DNA from: Elusimicrobiota bacterium
Lineage (GTDB): Bacteria > Elusimicrobiota > Elusimicrobia > UBA1565
Assembly (NCBI GenBank): GCA_043827405.1
Contig: JBDRPD010000009.1
Location: 1-15,331, forward strand
Direction: 5' to 3'
DNA length: 15,331 bases
Shown: positions 6,326 to 15,331 of the stretch, piece after piece
How positions within the stretch are numbered: position 1 is the first letter of the stretch
Layout of the letters: each line of letters opens with the position of its first letter
Made by a program: the position numbers and the translations under genes
The notes under the pieces: generated by a model
Databases searched by the model: none
Seen by the model: the letters and a program-made list of their open reading frames with translations, nothing else
What the model was told of the DNA's origin: nothing

Positions 6326-6784
6326 TGCGCCGGCTCTCGGCGCTCGCGCTTTGGGCGGTGCTGACGGCGGCCTGCGCGTCCCCCCTCCTCCCGCCTCCCG
6401 CCCCGCCGCCGGAACCCGCGCCGGCCGAGACGGCGAACTTCGCACTTGAGGTCCATGAGGTCGTCACCACGCGGGAGGCGGACGGGCTGTCCTTTACCTG
6501 GATATATGCCGGCGGCAAGCGGCTCGGCCGCACCCAGCCGCAGCTCCAGTCCCGGCGCCAGCACTGGCAAGGCCGCCTCGCGGCCGGCAACCACCCCCTG
6601 CGCTTCGAACGCTGGATTATGGCGGGCGACGACACCTGGAGCCCGGCAGGCGAGGACCGGCAGCCGCCCGAGAGATTCATCCGTGTCGTCGAGGGGATGC
6701 AGACCAAGGTGCAGATCAAGTATTATGATAATGGACGCAGGCACGAAGTTAAAATCAATCGCTTACCCCTGGGGAAACTAGACG

Positions 6785-6801
<17 letters not shown>
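6325..6801 (+). CDS. small lipoprotein, Pro-rich linker plus beta-rich (PEGA-like) domain
   Basis: Lipobox [20 protein letters not shown] linker, [11 protein letters not shown]...[11 protein letters not shown] pattern. TAATG overlap with the upstream gene. Confidence 0.7.
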
Positions 6802-8679
<1,878 letters not shown>

Positions 8680-8689
<10 letters not shown>

Positions 8690-10542
8690 ACGCGCCCGTC
8701 GCCCCCGCCGCGCGGTCCGGCGCGCAGTACCTGGGCGGCGGCAAGTGCCGCTTCGGCCTCTGGGCGCCGCGCTGCCGCCGCGTCGATGTGCGGTTCGTGC
8801 ATCCGTTCGAGAAAACGGTTCCCCTGCAGGCCGGCGCCGACGGGATATTCCACGCCGTCGTCGACGGCGTCGAGCCCGGGATGCGCTATCTTTATGTTCT
8901 CGACGGCGGCACGGCCCTTCCCGACCCGGCGTCCTACTATCAGCCGGAAGGATGCCGCGGCCCTTCCGAAATCGTGGACCCCGCGTTTTCCTGGAGCAGC
9001 GCCTACTGGTGCGGCGTGCCGCTGCAGGACTACATCATCTATGAGCTGCACATCGGGACCTTCACTGCGCAAGGGACATTCGACGCCGCCATTGAACGGC
9101 TTAAGGACCTGCGGGCCCTGGGCGTGACGGCCGTTGAGATCATGCCGGTCGCCCAGTTTCCCGGGACCCGCAACTGGGGCTACGACGGCGTCTACCCCTA
9201 TGCGGTCCAGAACAGCTACGGCGGTCCGGCGGGGCTCAAGCGATTCGTCGACGCCTGCCACGAGCTCGGACTGGCCGCGGTGCTCGACGTCGTCTACAAT
9301 CATACCGGCCCCGACGGCGGCAGCCTGGACAGCTTCGGGCCGTACTTCACCGATCGCTACCGAAGCCCTTGGGGTCCCGTCTTCAACTTCGACGGGCCGG
9401 ACAGCGGCGGCGTCCGCCGCTTCTTCCTCGACAACGTCAGGTACTGGCTGGAGGAGTTCCGCTTCGACGCCCTGCGGCTGGACGCGGTCTCCGCCATCTA
9501 TGACGCCTCCCCCAGGCCGTTCCTGCAGGAACTCGGAGAAGCGGTCGACGATTTTCGCCGGCGCACAAACCGCCTGGTCTATACGCTCGCGGAGACGCAG
9601 GCCAACGACTCCCGTTTCGTCCGTCCCCGGGAAATGGGCGGGCTGGGTCTGGACGCGCAGTGGAGCTTCGACTTCCACCATTCACTGCACGCCTTGCTGA
9701 CCGGTGAGGATGCCGGATATTACGCCGATTACGGACGGACCGCGGACCTGGCGAAGGCGTTCCGGGAGGGCTTCGTCTATACCGGCCAGCATTCCCGCTA
9801 CTGGCGCCGCCGGCACGGCAGCCCCGCCGAGCACATCTCGGCGCGCAAGCTCATCGTCTACGCGCAAAACCACGATGAGACCGGCAACCGGCCCGGCGGC
9901 GAGCGCTTCGGCAGCCTGCTCTCTTTCGCGGCACAAAAGCTGGCCGCCGGCTGCGTCCTGCTTTCGCCGTATGTGCCGCTGCTGTTTATGGGAGAGGAAT
10001 ACGGCGAGACCGCGCCGTTTCAGTTCTTCGTCGATCCGGAGAACCCCGCGGTCGGCGAGCAGTGCCGGGCCGGCCGTGAGCGCGAGGCCCTGGGGTTCGG
10101 CTGGCCGCAGACGCCGCAGGACCCCCGTGAGCCCGAGATTTTCGCGCAGTCGAAGCTGCAGTGGCAGCTGCGCGGCCGCGGCCGGCATCAGATGCTGCTG
10201 GCGTTTTATCGCGAGCTTATCCGGCTGCGCCGGGAACATCCCGTCCTCAAGGAACGAGACAAGGGGCATGTCCGAGCCGAAGCCGTTGAGGCCGAGAAGC
10301 TGCTTACCCTGCAGCGGACGAACAAGCAAGGAGCGGCCGTCTTCGCCGCCTTCCATTTCGGCGACGTCGACCTTGCGGCGGCCTTGCCGGTGCCGGTCGG
10401 AAACTGGCGCCGGCTGCTCGATTCGACCGACACGCGCTGGGGCGGCGCCGGCTGCCGGGCCCCGCAGGACTGGAACGCCGCCAAGGACTCGACTTTGCCT
10501 CTCGCGCCGAAATCCTTCGTGCTCTACGAGAAGCTGCGCTGA
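8680..10542 (+). CDS. treZ: malto-oligosyltrehalose trehalohydrolase (GH13_10)
   Basis: Likely start is ATG 8680 (MEVDAP); the track's 8380 start lies inside glgB. Motifs [78 protein letters not shown]. Confidence 0.92.
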
Positions 10543-12050
10543 TGGCCGCGGCTGCTCCGTCCGCCGGCCGGCGTTTTGTCTGCGTCCACGGCCATTTCTA
10601 CCAGCCCCAGCGCGAGAATCCCTGGACCGGCCGGATCGACCAGCAGCTGTCCGCCGCCCCCTTTCACGACTGGAACGAACGGATAACGCACGAGTGCTAC
10701 GAGCCGAACACCCGGGCGCGGGTGCACGACGGGCATGGCCGCGCCGTCAACAACTACGCGCGCATCAGCTTCAACTTCGGGCCGACGCTCCTGTCCTGGA
10801 TGGAAGAGCAGGCGCCGGACACCTACGCGGCGATCCTGGCGGGCGACCGTGAGAGCCGCGAGCGCTTCTCCGGCCACGGCTCGGCGCTCGCTCAGGCGCA
10901 TGGGCATATTATCCTGCCGCTGGCCAACGAGCGCGATATCCGGACCCAGGTGCGCTGGGGGCTGCGCGATTTCGCGCACCGGTTCGGACGACCCGCCGAG
11001 GGGATGTGGCTGCCGGAGTGCGCGGCCGACACCCGCACGCTGCAGGCGCTGGCGGATGAAGGAGTCCGCTTCACGGTCCTCGCGCCCGGACAGGCGCGGC
11101 GGGTCCATGGCGAGGCCGGCGGCTGGCACGACGCGGCCGGCGGCCGCATCGATCCGCGGCGTCCGTACCAAGTGGAGCTGGCGGGGGGCCGCTCAATAGC
11201 GGTGTTCTTTTACGACGGCCCGATCTCGCAGGCGGTGGCGTTCGAAGGGCTGCTCCATAACGGCGAGAGGCTGGCGGCCCGTCTCATGGGCGCGTTCAGC
11301 GGCGAGCGCCGGGAGCCGCAGCTCGCACATATCGCCACCGACGGCGAGAGCTACGGGCATCACCACCGCTTCGGCGAGATGGCCCTGGCCTACGCCCTCG
11401 ACCGCATCGAACAGGATAAAGACACCCGCCTGACGAACTACGGCGAATTTCTCGAGCGGAACCCTCCGGCCAGGAAAGCGGAGATCGTCGAGAACAGCTC
11501 CTGGAGCTGCGCCCACGGCGTCGAACGCTGGCGTGCCGACTGCGGCTGCGCGACCGGCGACAACGCGGGCGGCAGTCAAGCCTGGCGGGGGCCGCTGCGC
11601 GCGGCGCTCGACGAGCTGCGCGACGCCGCGGCCGGCGCTTTCGAAAAGGAGTCGCAGGGTTTCCTGTGGGATTGCTGGCGGGCCCGCGACGAATACATCG
11701 GCGTGCTGCTGGACGGCTCGCCGGATCAAGTCGGCGGCTTTTTGCGGCGCAACGCGGCGGTGCGCCTCAGCGATGCGCAGCGCTCCCGGGTCTTCAAGCT
11801 CCTGGAGCTGCAGCGCTTCGCGCAGCTGATGTACACCAGCTGCGGCTGGTTCTTCGACGACATCGGCCGCATTGAGACGCTCCAGGTCCTGCGCTACGCG
11901 GCGCGGGTGCTGGAGCTCAGCCGGGAGCTGTTCGGAGAGGATTGGGAGCCGGCTTTTCTGCGCACGCTGCGGCAAGCGAAAAGCAACGATCCCAAAAACG
12001 GCGACGGCGCGATGATATACCGGACGTCGGTGCGGCCAAGTGGCGCCTGA
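10542..12050 (+). CDS. glycoside hydrolase family 57 protein (DUF3536-associated type)
   Basis: HGHFYQPQRENPW, ISFNFGPTLLSW, H.ILPLA, GMWLPE (nucleophile Glu), ATDGESYGHH (acid/base Asp), SWSCAHGVERW, MYTSCGWFFDD. Confidence 0.92.
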   Translation: MAAAAPSAGRRFVCVHGHFYQPQRENPWTGRIDQQLSAAPFHDWNERITHECYEPNTRARVHDGHGRAVNNYARISFNFGPTLLSWMEEQAPDTYAAILAGDRESRERFSGHGSALAQAHGHIILPLANERDIRTQVRWGLRDFAHRFGRPAEGMWLPECAADTRTLQALADEGVRFTVLAPGQARRVHGEAGGWHDAAGGRIDPRRPYQVELAGGRSIAVFFYDGPISQAVAFEGLLHNGERLAARLMGAFSGERREPQLAHIATDGESYGHHHRFGEMALAYALDRIEQDKDTRLTNYGEFLERNPPARKAEIVENSSWSCAHGVERWRADCGCATGDNAGGSQAWRGPLRAALDELRDAAAGAFEKESQGFLWDCWRARDEYIGVLLDGSPDQVGGFLRRNAAVRLSDAQRSRVFKLLELQRFAQLMYTSCGWFFDDIGRIETLQVLRYAARVLELSRELFGEDWEPAFLRTLRQAKSNDPKNGDGAMIYRTSVRPSGA

Positions 12051-12768
12051 CCTGCGCGTCTATCCGGACGCCGCCGGCGCGGCCCGCGCCGCCGCCGCCG
12101 ATTTCGCCGACGCCTTCCGCTCCGCGGCGCAGGCGCGCGGCGTCTTTCGCGTCCTGCTGTCCGGCGGACGGACGCCCAAAGCCCTCTACTTTCTTCTGGC
12201 CGGCCGCGAGTTCAGCGACCTGCCGTGGGAGCGCGGCGAATTCTTTTGGGGCGATGAGCGCTACCTTCCCCCTGCCCACCCGGACAACAACTATCGCGCG
12301 GCCAACGACCTGCTGCTCACGCGGGTCGCGGTGCCGGGCGACAGCGTCTACGCAGTCCCGACGGCAAGCGGCGATCCGGCCCGCGACGCTGCGCGCTACG
12401 AACAGACGCTGCGCCGCGTATTCGACGGCGAGGCCTTCCCGCGCTTCGACTACGCGCTCATGGGCGTCGGCGCCGACGGCCATACGGCTTCGCTGTTTCC
12501 CGGCGGAGAAGCGGTCAAGGAACGAAAGCGCTGGGTCGTCCCCGCCTACGCTCCCGACAAGATCACCCGCTCACGCATCACGCTGACCGTCCCGGTATTC
12601 AACGCGGCGCGCCGGGTCGTCTTCATGCTGTGCGGCGAGGATAAGCTCGCGATCGCGGAAAGGCTGATCAAGGAGCCGCCGGCGAAAGACATCCCCGCCT
12701 CATTGATCCGGCCGGCGGACGGCGAGCTGGTCTACTTTCTCGACCGCGCCGCCAGCCCGGCGGCATAG
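12040..12768 (+). CDS. pgl: 6-phosphogluconolactonase
   Basis: GTG start overlapping the GH57 3' end. LSGGRTP, FWGDERYLP, LMGVGADGHTASLFP, RITLT. Confidence 0.93.
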   Translation: MAPDLRVYPDAAGAARAAAADFADAFRSAAQARGVFRVLLSGGRTPKALYFLLAGREFSDLPWERGEFFWGDERYLPPAHPDNNYRAANDLLLTRVAVPGDSVYAVPTASGDPARDAARYEQTLRRVFDGEAFPRFDYALMGVGADGHTASLFPGGEAVKERKRWVVPAYAPDKITRSRITLTVPVFNAARRVVFMLCGEDKLAIAERLIKEPPAKDIPASLIRPADGELVYFLDRAASPAA

Positions 12769-13658
12769 AGCGCGGCCAGCACGCCGAGGAGGGCGCCGGC
12801 GCCCAATCCGAGACCGGCCATTCCCCAGGCGTCCCAGAGCAGCTGGCCGACGGTAGTGAACATGAAAGTTCCCAGCAGCGTGGAGTAGAAAAGGCTGGCC
12901 TGGCCCGACTTCAGAGCTCGCCGCCGCAGGAAGTACGCGACGCCGGCCGTCCCGGCGACGGCCAGGCCGAGTCCCGCCAAACCGAGATTCGCCAGCGCGA
13001 AGCTGTAGGCGACATCCCCGAGCTTGCTGCCTCCGTACAGACCAAAGCCGGCCGCGGCCGTCTTCTTAACACCCGACCAGACCTTGCTCAGCCAAGGAGG
13101 GGCAAGGTCCGGCGCCGGAGGCTCATAGCGCGGCGATGCAGGAGTCCCCTTGTGCCGCGCCAAGGACGGCCGACGCAATCCCCCCCCGGTTTCAGCCACG
13201 GGAGCGGCGGGAGCCTCACCGGCCGTCGTTCCAAGATCGAAAACCCGGCGCATAACGCCCATCGCGCCGCCAGGGCCGCGGTCCTTTTTAATCCCGCTCA
13301 TCTCCCGCGCCAGGTAGCCCGCACGGGTCAAGCCGCGGCGATTGAGCGCGGCGGCCGCTTCCCGGCCCGCGGACGTCCCGACCAGCGGCGGCGCGGAAAT
13401 GCCGCTCACCGTCTTGCTCAGCACGGGAAAAACTTCGGGCGCCTTGACCGACGGCAGCGTCCCGGTCAGTGCGAACTCCATACCGGGACCGGACAGCAGT
13501 CCGGGCCGCAGGTTCACCGTCCCCGGCATGCCGGCGACGCCGGCTATGCCGGCACGCGGCGTCACGGAAACGCCGCGGCCGGGAGCCACGCGAACCGCGG
13601 CATGCGCTTCCAGGACCGGGCAAATCAGGATCAAGGATAGGATGGTCTTTGCCCTCAT
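12732..13658 (-). CDS. hypothetical membrane protein (signal peptide, low-complexity G/A/P region, C-terminal TM bundle)
   Basis: SD-like GAGG upstream of the ATG. Signal peptide MRAKTILSLILICPVLEAHA|A. Three to four hydrophobic helices at the C-terminus. It fills the gap between pgl and the kinase gene. Confidence 0.7.
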   Translation of the reverse strand: MRAKTILSLILICPVLEAHAAVRVAPGRGVSVTPRAGIAGVAGMPGTVNLRPGLLSGPGMEFALTGTLPSVKAPEVFPVLSKTVSGISAPPLVGTSAGREAAAALNRRGLTRAGYLAREMSGIKKDRGPGGAMGVMRRVFDLGTTAGEAPAAPVAETGGGLRRPSLARHKGTPASPRYEPPAPDLAPPWLSKVWSGVKKTAAAGFGLYGGSKLGDVAYSFALANLGLAGLGLAVAGTAGVAYFLRRRALKSGQASLFYSTLLGTFMFTTVGQLLWDAWGMAGLGLGAGALLGVLAALYAAGLAARSRK

Positions 13659-13778
13659 CTTCGCCTCTCAGTACCTGTGATTTTAGGATTAACCACGGCC
13701 AAGCAGCATAGGTCCTTCGGGCGCGAATTTCACTGCATATTGCTCAGCAAAAGCTGGGTCTTAGGACCGCAAATAAAG

Positions 13779-13790
13779 TATCTTTGCAGC
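13779..13790 (+). promoter_or_regulatory. putative -10 element for leaderless transcription of the lipid kinase
   Basis: TATCTT (13779-13784), 6 nt before ATG 13791. No SD and no convincing -35. Confidence 0.4.
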
Positions 13791-14717
13791 ATGGAAGCCG
13801 TCGTTATCGTCAACCCCGCCGCCGGCGCCGGGCGTTCCGGCGCCCGCTGGCCGGAACTCTATGAGATGTTCCGCCGCGTTATCGGCGACTTCAAGGTCCT
13901 GAAGACGCATGGCACCGGACATGCCGTCGAGCTGGCGCGCGAGGAGCTGATGAACGGCGCTCAGCGGCTGATCGCGGTGGGCGGCGACGGGACCTGGCAC
14001 GAGCTCGTCGAAGGCTACCTGTCGGTCGATGAGAGTCTGCGCGCGGGCGCCGTTCTCGGCTGCTACCCCGCCGGCTCAGGCTGCGACTTCGCCCGCCATA
14101 TGCGCTTTCCGCGCGACGACCGCTCCCTGATCACCTTCCTGACCGGCACCAAGACGAAGCGCGTCGACGCGGTACGCGCCGAGATAACCGGAGAGAACGG
14201 TGCGACCGCCGTCGTGCATCTAACGAATATAGCGGCCTTCGGCCTCGCCGGCGATGTCGCCTGGATCATCAACAAGACGGGCAAGCCGTTCGGCGGGACG
14301 GCGTCGTACCTGCTCGTAACGCTCGGCCTGCTGGCCCGCTCCCGCTCCCGGGACTACGAGCTCCTGCTGGACGGCCGGCGCATCGATGAGCGCCGCTTCC
14401 ATACCGTGATCCTCGCCAATACCTCCACCACCGGCGGCGGGATGAAGGTCGCCCCGGACGCGGACTCCTCCGACGGCCTGTTCGAGGTCGTCTCTTTCGG
14501 CGAAATGAGCCGCTGGGACATGCTCAAGAAATTTTCCCTGCTCTACGACGGCTCGCATCTCGGTCATTCCGGCATCACCCTGCGCCGCGGACGCCGCCTC
14601 GAGGCGCGCGCGCTGGACGGCGCCGCGGCGCGCCTGAACATCGACGGCGAATCCTGCGGCGCCCTGCCGGCGGTGTTCGAAATCCTGCCCGGAGCGCTGC
14701 CGGTCCTTACGCCATGA
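13791..14717 (+). CDS. diacylglycerol kinase family lipid kinase (YegS/Rv2252/BmrU-like)
   Basis: Likely start is ATG 13791 (MEAVVIVNPAAGAG). Motifs AVGGDGTWHE, GSGCDFAR, GGG..VAP.A...DGLFEV, NIDGE. Confidence 0.92.
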   Translation: MEAVVIVNPAAGAGRSGARWPELYEMFRRVIGDFKVLKTHGTGHAVELAREELMNGAQRLIAVGGDGTWHELVEGYLSVDESLRAGAVLGCYPAGSGCDFARHMRFPRDDRSLITFLTGTKTKRVDAVRAEITGENGATAVVHLTNIAAFGLAGDVAWIINKTGKPFGGTASYLLVTLGLLARSRSRDYELLLDGRRIDERRFHTVILANTSTTGGGMKVAPDADSSDGLFEVVSFGEMSRWDMLKKFSLLYDGSHLGHSGITLRRGRRLEARALDGAAARLNIDGESCGALPAVFEILPGALPVLTP

Positions 14718-15301
14718 GATTCCTGGCCGCCGCGGTCTACGCTCCCTGGCTGCTCGCCTTCACGCTCTGGGCGCTGCTGACGCAAAGCCTGACGCGCGGT
14801 CCGGCCGGCGCGATCGGAGCTCTGATCCTGCTGCTGCCGGCCGCCTGCGGAGCCTGGGGGATTTACGCGGTCCTGGCGGGCCGGATCAAAGCCTGGGGCC
14901 GGCTGACGCGCGCCGTATTGGCCTTCGAGGTCCTGGCGCTCTGCGTTTTTGCCGCCTTCCTGCCGGCGGCGCGCCGGAGCTACCAGCGCCGCCGTGAAGT
15001 GCGGACGCTGGAGGATTTGGCGTTCCTGCGCACCGCGATCTCCCGCTGGAACAAGGATCGCGGCGCCCCCCCCGAACGGCCGTCCGAACTGGTCCCGCAT
15101 TATCTGCCTATTCTACCCCGCCTCTCCCTGCCGGGGACGGCCCATCCGGTCACCCGCGAAGCGGAGTTCGTACAGGCAACAGGCGGGATCGATACGGGGA
15201 AATGGCTCTACGTCAACAATCCCGGCAATCCGTTCTACGGCCGGGTCCGCATCAACTGCACGCATACGGATTCGCGCGGCATCTCCTGGAGCTCGTTTTA
15301 G
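14714..15301 (+). CDS. membrane protein with about 3 TM helices and a C-terminal pilin/GspG-like domain (paralog of 1366..1821)
   Basis: ATGA overlap with the kinase gene. Hydrophobic N-terminal ~85 aa, then LAFLRTAISRWNKDRGAPP..P.EL...YL..LP...HP...D.G.WLYV...YG.V.INCTHTDSRG..WSSF. Confidence 0.8.
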   Translation: MRFLAAAVYAPWLLAFTLWALLTQSLTRGPAGAIGALILLLPAACGAWGIYAVLAGRIKAWGRLTRAVLAFEVLALCVFAAFLPAARRSYQRRREVRTLEDLAFLRTAISRWNKDRGAPPERPSELVPHYLPILPRLSLPGTAHPVTREAEFVQATGGIDTGKWLYVNNPGNPFYGRVRINCTHTDSRGISWSSF

Positions 15302-15331
15302 GAAGGCTGCGGCAGCGGTTGGGCGGCGGCC

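Noticed and set aside
13677..13790. Extended N-terminus of the lipid kinase
   Set aside because: This is the AT-richer divergent promoter region; the family N-terminal motif (IVNP.AG) starts right after ATG 13791.
15298..15331. Possible 3' end of a convergent minus-strand gene (...AAQPLPQPS-stop) and a GTTGGGC heptamer
   Set aside because: Too little sequence to support a CDS, and there is no RYYYAAC or hairpin partner for an attC.

Overview
GC-rich bacterial chromosomal window. The pilin-like paralogs and overall gene style suggest Elusimicrobiota, but this is an inference. Left to right: (1) the left end and 5' part of an IS630-family element (minus strand; its transposase is missing from the ORF track because it runs off the window), inserted at the CTAG holding the stop codon of a zinc-ribbon/helical hypothetical gene; (2) a visibly AT-richer island of about 1.4 kb (~1240-2670) that looks like a decayed integron gene-cassette array with no integrase in the window: a sigma70 promoter, an attI-like simple site, a pilin/pseudopilin-like gene followed by the left half of an attC, a palindrome-rich spacer, an attC right end, and a 5'-truncated GNAT gene followed by a second, related attC left half; (3) a seven-gene operon in which every junction overlaps: class A PBP, four-repeat PPC-like lipoprotein, small lipoprotein, glgB, treZ, GH57 hydrolase, pgl; (4) a convergent membrane protein gene, then a DAG-kinase-family lipid kinase coupled to a multi-TM paralog of the island pilin-like protein. 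The most notable signal is a host-family pilin-like gene that appears to be packaged as an integron cassette.
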